A stretch of DNA of 20,000 nucleotides from an uncultured virus (IMG/VR IMGVR_UViG_3300038441_002670) (IMGVR_UViG_3300038441_002670); one strand, 5' to 3'; shown: positions 6,580 to 15,014, numbered from the stretch's first letter. Notes: generated by a model not told the origin, from the letters alone. A program made the numbers and translations.

Positions 6580-7089
6580 TCTTTTTCCTCCATACCACTA
6601 GCCAGTCGTGCGCGCACGACCCGCCCTCAGCGCAGCACCCTGCTCCTCGCGGGCTTCCTGTGCCTCGTTGTGGGCAGTACGCGCTGGCTGCGCTTCAACG
6701 TCAGCCACAGCCTCCCCTACGGTCTCTATCGCCTGCATGCGGTGCCTCCCACGCTGACCCGGGGCATGCTCGTCCTCATGCCAGTACCGCCGAGCGTACA
6801 GCATGTCTGGTCGCGTTGGGTGCCGCTCCTCAAGCCTATCGCCGGGGTGCCGGGGGACCGTATTGAGCTGCTCGGTGAGGACCTCCGCATTCATGACGTG
6901 TCTTTTGGTCCGGTGCTTGTGCACGCGCACGGCCAGGCGCTCCCCCAGATACGAGGTAGTTGGATCGTGGCAGACGATGAAATCTTTGTCGCGTCCACCG
7001 TCCCGCGCAGTCTGGACGGTCGCTATTTCGGTTGTACCAAGGTGGCGGCGCTTACGGCGGTCGCTACCCCTTTGCTGACCTGGAGGTAA
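6565..7089 (+). CDS. traF: Conjugative transfer S26 peptidase (pilin maturase/cyclase)
   Basis: FNVSHSLPYGLY (catalytic Ser), LLKPIAGVPGD (catalytic Lys), SLDGRYFG, and an N-terminal TM. AAAGGAG RBS before GTG 6565. Confidence 0.92.
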   Translation: MASVPSFSSIPLASRARTTRPQRSTLLLAGFLCLVVGSTRWLRFNVSHSLPYGLYRLHAVPPTLTRGMLVLMPVPPSVQHVWSRWVPLLKPIAGVPGDRIELLGEDLRIHDVSFGPVLVHAHGQALPQIRGSWIVADDEIFVASTVPRSLDGRYFGCTKVAALTAVATPLLTWR

Positions 7090-7094
7090 CGTCA

Positions 7095-7298
7095 ATGGCT
7101 CATCCATTCCTACGCCAACGCGCCGCGCACTTTGTCGCGTGGTGCATGAGCAAGGCCTTTACCCGTGACCAGGACCCGTCGCGGGACCCTCGGCAGGAGC
7201 CTGGTGCGCTGGAGCGGTTCCAGGATCGCCGCTCTGAGGCCGAGCGTCAACGCGAGATGGTGACTCGTCACTACCACGGGGGGCGCTATGGCCGATAG
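7095..7298 (+). CDS. Hypothetical protein (67 aa)
   Basis: GGAGG RBS, 5 bp after the traF stop. MAHPFLRQRAAHFVAWCMSKAF... Confidence 0.6.
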   Translation: MAHPFLRQRAAHFVAWCMSKAFTRDQDPSRDPRQEPGALERFQDRRSEAERQREMVTRHYHGGRYGR

Positions 7299-7509
7299 CT
7301 TAGGCGAAACCTTTGCCGCCTTTCATACGCGCTGGGAGGCGCTCTTTGCGAGTCAGCAGCAGCACTGGCAGGAGTACGACGCTGCGAATCCGACCCTCCT
7401 TGATACGCTGGAAGGGTTGCAAGAGCGTATGGACGACCTGAGCCACAGCACGGACGACCAGCAGCACGAGCGTGATCAGGACCGCGATCAGGGCGTGGCG
7501 TATGGGTGA
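7288..7509 (+). CDS. Acidic helical protein (73 aa) with a relaxase-like C-terminal tail
   Basis: Overlaps both neighbours. Ends QQHERDQDRDQGVAYG. Confidence 0.65.
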   Translation: MADSLGETFAAFHTRWEALFASQQQHWQEYDAANPTLLDTLEGLQERMDDLSHSTDDQQHERDQDRDQGVAYG

Positions 7510-7789
7510 GCGCTATATTGTGGCTACCGATAGGGACGGGATGATCCTGGAGAAACTGGCGAACATCGAAGACGCCCTCGCCACGCTGGGGCCACTCCTC
7601 ACCAAGATTATTGCGCACCTCGAAGCGCAGACGAAGCCGCCGGTGGTGGCGGTGGCGTCCTACGACGATCTGTATACACCGATTGAGGCCGGACCGCCGG
7701 AAGGGGAGCAGGTGGCCGAGGTCTTCGGTCCTGTTTTGCCACAACAGGGCGGCTGGCGCCGCCTATTTCCTGTGAGGAAAAACGTATGA
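7502..7789 (+). CDS. Hypothetical protein (95 aa)
   Basis: Coupled to both neighbours. Amphipathic helix ILEKLANIEDALATLGPLLTKIIAHLE. Confidence 0.65.
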   Translation: MGERYIVATDRDGMILEKLANIEDALATLGPLLTKIIAHLEAQTKPPVVAVASYDDLYTPIEAGPPEGEQVAEVFGPVLPQQGGWRRLFPVRKNV

Positions 7790-7938
7790 CATCCTGGCTT
7801 ATGACTCTCAGCCGTGCAGACGTCGATGTGCTCATCGTGGTCGTCTCGACGGTGCTTCTCCTGTGTTCGTTGGGGACGATCAGTCTCCTCGCGCTGTGCG
7901 TGCGTCAGTCCCCGCGCACGAGTGAGCCGTCGATATGA
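7786..7938 (+). CDS. Small single-TM protein (50 aa)
   Basis: Manual translation MTSWLMTLSRADVDVLIVVVSTVLLLCSLGTISLLALCVRQSPRTSEPSI*. ATGA overlaps at both ends; GAGGA RBS. Confidence 0.65.
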   Translation: MTSWLMTLSRADVDVLIVVVSTVLLLCSLGTISLLALCVRQSPRTSEPSI

Positions 7939-8141
7939 AAACCTGGCTCAGTGGTCTCAGCCAAGCCGCCATCGATGGGCTCCTGGTGGGCTTCTGGGCG
8001 GTGCTGTTCCTGGGGTGTGTGCTCGTCTTCGGCTTCGTGGCATGGCGCAAGAGGGCTTCGAAGCCCGTGCGTCCTCGTATGGTGCACACGGCCTCGACCT
8101 TTTGCCGCAACCAGCAGGGACGCGAGTATGAACGCGCTTGA
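7935..8141 (+). CDS. Small single-TM protein (68 aa), probable paralog of 7786-7938
   Basis: MKTWLSGLSQAAIDGLLVGFWAVLFLGCVLVFGFVAWRKR. ATGA overlap. Confidence 0.65.
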   Translation: MKTWLSGLSQAAIDGLLVGFWAVLFLGCVLVFGFVAWRKRASKPVRPRMVHTASTFCRNQQGREYERA

Positions 8142-9630
8142 CCTTATCATGGATCTGGGGCGCTGGGGGCAAACCCATCAGACGGCGGTGATGGCAGGAG
8201 CCGCCGCGATGCCGCTCCTGCTGGGTGCCATCGCCCTGCTCCGCCGCACGCCCTATGGGGGCCTGACGACCTATGGTTCAGGGCGCTGGGCCACACTGCG
8301 GGAAGCGCGCAAGGCCGGGCTCTGTGCAGAATGGGGCGTGGTACTGGGACGCTTGCAGGGACAACTCCTCATCGACCAGAGCGAGACGCATGTATTACTA
8401 GTAGCGCCAACCCGTTCAGGAAAAGGCATAGGCGTTATTATACCAACTCTCCTCTCCTGGCTTGGCAGTGCGCTCGTAACAGATCCCAAGGACGGAGAGA
8501 ACTACGACGTGACGTGTAGGTGGCGCAGCCGTGTGGCGCAGAATCAGATTGCCTACTTTACGCCGTGCCGCTCGCCGCATACGTGCATCAATGTTGTGGA
8601 CACGATCCGGCTGCACACACCCCAGGAATTTGGCGATGCGCTGACCATTGCCCAGAGCTTGACCGCGCCGGAAAAGCTGGCACGGGAATCAGGCACGTCG
8701 CTGCATTTTCGAGAACTCGCGGCGCTGCTCCTCACCGCGAGTCTGCTCCATGTGGCGTACAGCGCCTCGCACGCCTCGTTGGCTGGACTGTGGCACTTTC
8801 TGACGCAGCAGCACGCCTCGCTCGCCGCCTGTCTCACGACGCTGAGCAAGACCGCGCATCACTCCTCGGGGGTGCATCAAGCGATCGTGTCGCTCACGGC
8901 GGCGATCCGCAATATTACCGGGGACCGCGAACTCGGGAGTGTCTGGAGCACGGCGATTCGCCCACTGGTGTTGTACAACGACCCCCTCGTGGCCCGCAGT
9001 ACCGACACGTCCACGTTTCCCCTGGAGGCGCTTCAGTACGGGCTGATGCCGCTGTCGCTGTATCTCGTGGCGCCGTCGCCCCGGGTGTTGACGCGCCTGC
9101 ATCCGCTCTACCGGGTGATTCTCGATGTCGCCATGGCGCGACTCATGGATCACAAGGTCCGCACCTGGCAGCACCCGCTGCTGGTGTGCGCTGACGAGCT
9201 GCCAGCCCATGGCTATGTGCACGCGATGGACCAGGGCGCCGCCGATATGGCGGGGTACGGCATGAAAGGGCTCTTTGTGGCGCAGGACATCGAGCAAATT
9301 GAGGAGGTCTATGGCGAGAAGAATAACCTGTGGGGGAATACGGATGTGAAGGTGTTTCACACCCCCACGAACGACACGACGGCGCACAGGATTGCTGAGA
9401 GATTGATGGGCAAAGGGACCGTCGAGAACCCGGTCTCGCAACAGCAAGAGGGGCTGCTGGGACGGGGCTCGACCTCGTATGGCCGGGTGGCGCGCTCCCA
9501 GATGACCCATGATGAAGTCATGGAGATGCCCGCAGAGCACCAGATTCTGCGGGTAAAGGGGCTGAAGCCTGTGCTGGCGCACAAACTCGATTACCGGATA
9601 GACCCCGCCTTTCGCGGGAAGCTTGGATGA
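8128..9630 (+). CDS. virD4: Type IV coupling protein VirD4/TraG (500 aa)
   Basis: TYGSGRWAT, HVLLVAPTRSGKGIGVIIPTLLSW (Walker A), VTDPKDGEN, VCADELP (Walker B), MAGYGMK..VAQDIEQIEEVYG. Confidence 0.95.
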   Translation: MNALDLIMDLGRWGQTHQTAVMAGAAAMPLLLGAIALLRRTPYGGLTTYGSGRWATLREARKAGLCAEWGVVLGRLQGQLLIDQSETHVLLVAPTRSGKGIGVIIPTLLSWLGSALVTDPKDGENYDVTCRWRSRVAQNQIAYFTPCRSPHTCINVVDTIRLHTPQEFGDALTIAQSLTAPEKLARESGTSLHFRELAALLLTASLLHVAYSASHASLAGLWHFLTQQHASLAACLTTLSKTAHHSSGVHQAIVSLTAAIRNITGDRELGSVWSTAIRPLVLYNDPLVARSTDTSTFPLEALQYGLMPLSLYLVAPSPRVLTRLHPLYRVILDVAMARLMDHKVRTWQHPLLVCADELPAHGYVHAMDQGAADMAGYGMKGLFVAQDIEQIEEVYGEKNNLWGNTDVKVFHTPTNDTTAHRIAERLMGKGTVENPVSQQQEGLLGRGSTSYGRVARSQMTHDEVMEMPAEHQILRVKGLKPVLAHKLDYRIDPAFRGKLG

Positions 9631-9642
9631 AAGGAGCGAATC

Positions 9643-9948
9643 ATGCGACGACGATGGACGGTGGTTGGCACGCTGGTACTGACGATGCTGCTCCTTCAGG
9701 GGCGGGCGCACGCGGCAGCGATGGGGATTCCGCTCGATGGCTTTCTCCAGCAATTCCAGCTCTTTGTGGTGGGTTTGGGCCTGGTGATGGGGCTGGTCGG
9801 ACTCACCGGGTACGTGGGCAGTTTGTTCGACAATCCCTTCAGCAACATCCTGGCGGGGAGTGTCGGGTTTTTTAGCAAGGCCGGGCTTCTCGGCGGCGGC
9901 ACGATTCTGCTGGGGCTGGTTGGCCTCACAGGCGGAGCGGTCGTATGA
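9643..9948 (+). CDS. trbC: Major pilin TrbC/VirB2
   Basis: Signal peptide ending AHA, then GIPLD, two hydrophobic helices and C-terminal GGAVV as in TraF-processed P-type pilins. Lies before trbD; AAAGGAG RBS. Confidence 0.8.
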   Translation: MRRRWTVVGTLVLTMLLLQGRAHAAAMGIPLDGFLQQFQLFVVGLGLVMGLVGLTGYVGSLFDNPFSNILAGSVGFFSKAGLLGGGTILLGLVGLTGGAVV

Positions 9949-10253
9949 CCGGGGCACGCGAGCGTACGAGCGGGGCAGAAGGCTATGAGGCGGAGATTAA
10001 ACGCTCCATGTGGGAGCGGATCACGAGTTTTGGCGTGCCGCGTCTCTGGGCTGGGCTCTGGGGGGCGCTCTGCCTCTACCTGGGGCTCCTCATGCTCTAC
10101 GCCTTCGGGATGGCGATGGTGCTCATCCCGGCCCTGCTGTGGATGTGCGGCCATGGGGCGCTGATGGCGCTGACGCTCTACGACCCGCACTGGGACGACA
10201 TCTTTCTGGCGCAACTGACGCGGCGCTACCGCGCCTATTACGACGCAGGATGA
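9945..10253 (+). CDS. trbD: TrbD/VirB3 inner-membrane protein
   Basis: GYEAEIKRSMWERITSFGVPR, two TMs, then YDPHWDDIF. Position between pilin and VirB4. Confidence 0.85.
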   Translation: MTGARERTSGAEGYEAEIKRSMWERITSFGVPRLWAGLWGALCLYLGLLMLYAFGMAMVLIPALLWMCGHGALMALTLYDPHWDDIFLAQLTRRYRAYYDAG

Positions 10254-10263
10254 GAGGAGACAC

Positions 10264-10485
10264 ATGCACCAGATAACGGTTCCCACATGGTTTCTGCTGC
10301 TGGGTTTGTACAACATCATCACGGGGCTGTGTGATGCGCTGTTCTGGGGGCCGCAGCCCATGACGCCCTTGCGCAGTCTGGTGAGCGGCCTCGTGATGGT
10401 CGTGCTGAGTGGCGTGGGGGTCCTGTGCAGGATGGGGTGGCAGTGGATGCGCCACGGGAGGCACATGCGCCATGCCGGTTTATGA
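10264..10485 (+). CDS. Unknown two-TM protein inserted between trbD and trbE
   Basis: GAGAGGAG RBS, two hydrophobic segments, basic C-tail. Overlaps the trbE start. Confidence 0.65.
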   Translation: MHQITVPTWFLLLGLYNIITGLCDALFWGPQPMTPLRSLVSGLVMVVLSGVGVLCRMGWQWMRHGRHMRHAGL

Positions 10486-13153
10486 GGAATACTATGCGCG
10501 ACGTGGCCCCCGCCCGGCGCTGGTGTCTGAGGTCATTCCGTGGCGTGGGATGATCGCCCCTGGTGTGCTCCTCCAGAAGTACCGCCATGGGCTCCAGCGC
10601 TCCTATGCTGTGCGTGGGCCGGATGTGCAGGGCGAAAGCCCCGAAGTGCAAGGCGCGCTCATGCTCCGCGCCAACGAGGCCTTCAAACGCTTAGGCGGAC
10701 GCTGGATGCTCCAGAGTGAAGCCCAGCGCCAGCGCGTGACCACACTCCCGCAGGTCGCGTGGCCTGATCCCGTGTTGCAGCTCCTCGACGACGAACACCG
10801 GGCGCAGCTCATCCAGGACCCTGGGAGTCGAGAGACGGTGTACTACGCCACGCTGACCTGGTGGCCTCCGCCCACGAGTACCCGGCGTGCGGCGCGGCTC
10901 ATCATGTCGGGCCAGCGCCCGGACCTGGAGCGGCAGGCGGCAGAGAGCCTGGACGAGGCGCAGCGTGTGTCGCTCCTCGAATTTGTGCAGCAAGCCGATG
11001 CCTTTATGGACCTCCTCAAAGGCATGCTGGCGGTGTGTCGCCCGCTCAGTATCGAGGAAACGCTCACCTACTTGCACAACTGCGTGTCGGATCGCTGGTA
11101 TGCGCTCGGGCCAATGGCGTTTTATCAGGACCTCGACAGCCAACTCTGTGACACGCCGTTTGCGGGGGGCTGGTATCCGCAGTTGGGCGACTGGCATGTC
11201 CGCACCTGCTCGATCCTGGGCTACCCCGCGCATTCCTCGGTGGGGATCGTGCGCCACCTCGACGCGGCGAATCTGGACTATCGCTGGTGTACGCGCTGGG
11301 TCGGCCTCGAAAAGCACCTCCAGGCCAGTCTGCTGCGCAAAACCCAAGGGGCGTGGATTGGGCAGGAAAAGTCGCTCGCCGGGCGTCTGGCGGAAAACTG
11401 GTCGGGGCAGGCACAGCGCATTGTCAATACCGACGCCACGAACAAAGCCGAGGAGGTCGATGCGGCGAGACAGGAAGTGGGCGCGGACATTGTGGCGTAT
11501 GGCGAGTTCACCAGTACCGTGACGGTGTGGGACCCTGATCCGCAGGAGGCCGAGGCCAAGCTGCGCCATGTCATGCAGACGCTCGCGGGACAAGGCTTCA
11601 CCGCCACAGCAGAGCGGCAACACGCCACCGCGGCCTGGCTCTCCTCACACCCCGGCAACCGCCTTGATAATGTGCACCGCTCCCACCATCACAGCCTCTT
11701 TCTGGCGCATGTCTCGCCTGGCGTCACAGCGGCGTGGCCTGGCCCGGACCGCGATGCGCATTTCCAGGCAGGGCCATGGTTTTACGTGCACACGGAGCAC
11801 AATACGCTCTTTCGCGTCATTAACCATATCCGTGACGTTGGGCATTTTCTTATACTTGGAAGTACTGGTTCTGGTAAGAGTACATTCGGGAATTTCCTCC
11901 GTGCCTGCTGGATGCAGTACCCCAATGCGCAAGCGAAAGTGTTTGACCTCGATGGGCACGCGCGGTTGCTCACCTACTTGCTCGGGGGCACGTGGCACGA
12001 TCTGGGGAGCAGTACGCTCCGCTTTCAGCCGCTGCGCTACAGTGATGATCCGGAGCGCTTTGGCACGATGCTGAGCTGGCTGGTGGATCTCTGCGAGGAC
12101 GCCGGGCAGGACCAGGGGCTGCTCACCCAGCAGTACCTGTCGGGGGGCTTACGGAAGCTGGCGCTCCGTCCGCTGGTGGAGCGGACGTTTAGCGGGTTGC
12201 TCCGGGTGTTTTCGGAGCCCCCACCGGGCCAGCACGCGGCGTTTAACCGGCAGCGGGTCAAAGTCGATGGCACGGGCGTGGCGCACCTCGACACCACCCT
12301 CAGCGAGCTTGACCGCGTGCAACAGCACGTGCGCTGGGTGCTGCAACGCTATGCCGACGGGGGCGACTATGGCGGCATTTTTGATGGCACGGAGGATGTC
12401 CTGGAGGCGCATCCGGTGCAGACCTTTGAGTTGCGCCACCTCCTGGCACAGCCACGGCTCGTGGGGCCGGTGCTGGGCTATGTCTTTCCCGAGGTCGAGC
12501 GGCAGATGCGGACGACGCACCCCATGCTGCTCCTCCTCGACGATGCCGCCGTGGCCTGGCTCACGCCCCGGCAGGAGGCCAGTGAGACGCTGGACATCCG
12601 CAAGAAGCTGGAGAATCGCTGTCGGGATTGGCTCATGACCACCCGCAAAAAGAACGTGAGCCTGGGCTTTGCCACGCACAGCCTGAGTCAGGTGTTTAGT
12701 AGTGCCCTGGGGCCGCTGCTGGAAGAGGGCTGTCCGTCGCGGTTCTTTCTGCCCATGACGGCGGCCCTGGAGCCCAACATTGCGGAGATTTTTCTGCGCC
12801 TGGGGCTCACCGAGAACGCGCTACGTACGATCGCCACGAGTCGCCCGCAACGCGACGTCTATTATGTCTGTAAGGAACTGGGGCAGCGGAGCTTTAGCCT
12901 GCCGCTGGGACCGCTCGGCGTGCGGTGCCTGGCGAGTAATCGGGTGGAAGATCATGCCCTGATGGATCGTCTCTTGGCGCAGGAAGGTCGTGAAGGCTTT
13001 GCAGCGGCCTTCCTGCGCGCCCATGGCTTTACCAAGGAGGCCGACTATGTGGAAGCGATGCACAGAGACGCCGGAACAAGTAGAGGCGCAGTGCCAGCGG
13101 AATCAGGCGCGGCTTGGGATGCGCTGGCAGGGGCGGGAGCGCTCTTGGGATGA
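10472..13153 (+). CDS. trbE: VirB4/TrbE ATPase (893 aa)
   Basis: TrbE N-terminus (VIPWRGMIAPGVLLQK...RGPD), DVGHFLILGSTGSGKS (Walker A), VFDLDG, LLLLDDA (variant Walker B), WLMTTRKKNVSLGFATHS, CPSRFFLP. Confidence 0.95.
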   Translation: MPVYEEYYARRGPRPALVSEVIPWRGMIAPGVLLQKYRHGLQRSYAVRGPDVQGESPEVQGALMLRANEAFKRLGGRWMLQSEAQRQRVTTLPQVAWPDPVLQLLDDEHRAQLIQDPGSRETVYYATLTWWPPPTSTRRAARLIMSGQRPDLERQAAESLDEAQRVSLLEFVQQADAFMDLLKGMLAVCRPLSIEETLTYLHNCVSDRWYALGPMAFYQDLDSQLCDTPFAGGWYPQLGDWHVRTCSILGYPAHSSVGIVRHLDAANLDYRWCTRWVGLEKHLQASLLRKTQGAWIGQEKSLAGRLAENWSGQAQRIVNTDATNKAEEVDAARQEVGADIVAYGEFTSTVTVWDPDPQEAEAKLRHVMQTLAGQGFTATAERQHATAAWLSSHPGNRLDNVHRSHHHSLFLAHVSPGVTAAWPGPDRDAHFQAGPWFYVHTEHNTLFRVINHIRDVGHFLILGSTGSGKSTFGNFLRACWMQYPNAQAKVFDLDGHARLLTYLLGGTWHDLGSSTLRFQPLRYSDDPERFGTMLSWLVDLCEDAGQDQGLLTQQYLSGGLRKLALRPLVERTFSGLLRVFSEPPPGQHAAFNRQRVKVDGTGVAHLDTTLSELDRVQQHVRWVLQRYADGGDYGGIFDGTEDVLEAHPVQTFELRHLLAQPRLVGPVLGYVFPEVERQMRTTHPMLLLLDDAAVAWLTPRQEASETLDIRKKLENRCRDWLMTTRKKNVSLGFATHSLSQVFSSALGPLLEEGCPSRFFLPMTAALEPNIAEIFLRLGLTENALRTIATSRPQRDVYYVCKELGQRSFSLPLGPLGVRCLASNRVEDHALMDRLLAQEGREGFAAAFLRAHGFTKEADYVEAMHRDAGTSRGAVPAESGAAWDALAGAGALLG

Positions 13154-13370
13154 GCGGTGTGGCGACTATGGCCCGGCCCTTCCACTCCTCCCGCTCGTCT
13201 GTACCGGGCTCATGCTCGCGGTCGTCGTGATGCTGGCCCTGGCGCTTGGGGGCTGCCTGGAATATGGCTACAAGATGAACGAGCTCTATGGCCTGAATTG
13301 TCGGCCTGAAGCCTTGCAAGATGGGAAGTGTGTGGCGACAAATTCCGCCACGAAGGAGGCCAAGAAATGA
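13047..13370 (+). CDS. Small putative lipoprotein (VirB7/TrbK-like slot); start uncertain
   Basis: AAGGAGG RBS before ATG 13047. The hydrophobic stretch ends in lipobox LGGC, followed by a ~38-aa tail with two more Cys. ATGA-coupled to trbJ. Confidence 0.55.
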   Translation: MWKRCTETPEQVEAQCQRNQARLGMRWQGRERSWDERCGDYGPALPLLPLVCTGLMLAVVVMLALALGGCLEYGYKMNELYGLNCRPEALQDGKCVATNSATKEAKK

Positions 13371-14059
13371 GACTCCGCACGGGGCTGGTCATTGGGGTGT
13401 TGGTTGCGACTCCGCTTCCTAGCAGTGCCCAGATACTCGGGACCGGAATTGTACCTGTTACCGAGGTCGGACCTCAACTCGGCCAAAATACAATAACTGC
13501 GGTGCAGAGTGTCATCACGGCGGCACAGACGACGCTCATCCAACTCAACCAGATCCTGGACCTCACTCCTGTGAAATCTCTGACTGCGGCGGACGGCATT
13601 CTCGAGGACATGGAACTCCTCTGCGACCTCATCAAGCAGACCGAGGCGATCAACACCGACCTCCAGAGCCTGGAGGCGCAGATGGCCGCGCTCCTCGATG
13701 TCCAGCAAGCCCCCCGGACCCGGCCAGACCTGCAACGCCGTATGGACGAACTGAAGCAGATGCGCCAGCAAGCCCGCGTGTATGCGATGCGGACGCAGAC
13801 CTTGATTAAGACGCTCCTGCGCACCGGGGATCACATGAAGGCTCTCCTCACGGACGTGACGAAGCTGGTGGGGAACCTTTCCGGACAGCAACGGTTGGCC
13901 GAGCTACAGACGACGATCCACAAAACGCTGGCCGTGCAGGCGGCGCAGGCGGCGGCCTGGCAGCGCATGGATACGCTCGACAAGATGAGCGATGTGCTCG
14001 TGGTCGAAAGTATCACGCTCATTGAACGCAGCCGCATGGACGGCTGGCCGCGCTGGTAG
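13367..14059 (+). CDS. trbJ: TrbJ/VirB5-like minor pilin
   Basis: Signal peptide, QNTITAVQS...QLNQI, Gln-rich coiled coils, GNLSGQQ. Directly upstream of trbL; AAGGAGG RBS. Confidence 0.75.
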   Translation: MRLRTGLVIGVLVATPLPSSAQILGTGIVPVTEVGPQLGQNTITAVQSVITAAQTTLIQLNQILDLTPVKSLTAADGILEDMELLCDLIKQTEAINTDLQSLEAQMAALLDVQQAPRTRPDLQRRMDELKQMRQQARVYAMRTQTLIKTLLRTGDHMKALLTDVTKLVGNLSGQQRLAELQTTIHKTLAVQAAQAAAWQRMDTLDKMSDVLVVESITLIERSRMDGWPRW

Positions 14060-14072
14060 CAAAGGAGCCCGT

Positions 14073-15014
14073 ATGCCGCTCACCGTCGAGTTGGTCGATA
14101 CGATCACCCAGGGCTTCCTGGGTGCCCTGGAGATGGGCGCCACGAGTTTGTCGCGCTTCGCCCTGCCGATCCTGGCGGTCTGTGCGACCATTAGTTTTTA
14201 CCGGGAGTATGGCGCCATGGTCATGCAAGGCGGGGCCGCGCTCGGGGATGCGCTGGCGAGTGTGGTGCTGATCTTTGTGGGCATTGGCGGCTACTACTGG
14301 TTTCTCGTCACCCTCATGCCGCTCTCCACCGCAGCGCTCGCCACCGTGGTCGAGTGGGGGCTCACGCCGGGCGGGGGGGCCCTCACGGCTGATCTTATCC
14401 GCAAGCCGTCGATTATCCTCGATGTCGGCTTTAAGGCTGCCGGGGGTATCGCGGAATTTGATACGTGGTTCAAAGCCATCAAGAGCACGGTGAAAATGGC
14501 GTCGAATCCTTCGGACCTCCTGACGTGGTGGTTTATCGTCCTGAGCTTTCTGGCCATTACCGCGCACCACATGATGATGCTCATTGAATATCAACTGGCG
14601 GTCATGTGTGCCGCCGTCCTCATTCCCTGGGGCGTCTGGCGCTCCACCGCCGGGGTGGCGGAGTTTGCCCTGGGTTGGCTCACGGGTGGCCTCATTCGTG
14701 CGCTCGTGGGGACGGCCATGGTGGGCATCGCCTTGCCGCTGTTCTCGCTCCTCCAGGTGGAAGACAAAGGGTTTTTTACCCTGTATGAAAACCTCGTGCT
14801 GGTGGGCGGGTCCTTTGTGTTTATGGTGCTCTGTCTCGTGATCCCCGCCCGGGCGGCGCGCATGGCGGGACAGGCCTCGCTGGGGCTCACCGGGAGCACG
14901 CTCATGTCAGGGGCGATGACCCTTGGCCGGTTTGCCACGATGGGCACCAACCTGATGCGTACAGGCGCGGGTGTCATCCGTGGCACCTCCTCACTGCTGG
15001 GAGGCCGAGCATGA
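14073..15014 (+). CDS. trbL: TrbL/VirB6 polytopic inner-membrane protein
   Basis: Multiple TMs, PSIILDVGFKAA, LIEYQL...LIPWG...AE, IPARAA. AAAGGAG RBS. Confidence 0.88.
   Translation: MPLTVELVDTITQGFLGALEMGATSLSRFALPILAVCATISFYREYGAMVMQGGAALGDALASVVLIFVGIGGYYWFLVTLMPLSTAALATVVEWGLTPGGGALTADLIRKPSIILDVGFKAAGGIAEFDTWFKAIKSTVKMASNPSDLLTWWFIVLSFLAITAHHMMMLIEYQLAVMCAAVLIPWGVWRSTAGVAEFALGWLTGGLIRALVGTAMVGIALPLFSLLQVEDKGFFTLYENLVLVGGSFVFMVLCLVIPARAARMAGQASLGLTGSTLMSGAMTLGRFATMGTNLMRTGAGVIRGTSSLLGGRA

Noticed and set aside
7951..8127. Longer N-terminus for VirD4 from the ORF track (likewise extended starts for trbE, trbL, trbG, trbI, traF and the XRE genes)
   Set aside because: The extensions overlap upstream genes and look non-coding. 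Downstream starts have an RBS or translational coupling.
8689..9957. 422-aa minus-strand ORF (and similar long antisense ORFs at 10691-11623, 14591-15469, 15549-16517, 18207-19511)
   Set aside because: Shadow ORFs opposite well-supported genes in high-GC DNA, with no motifs or RBS.
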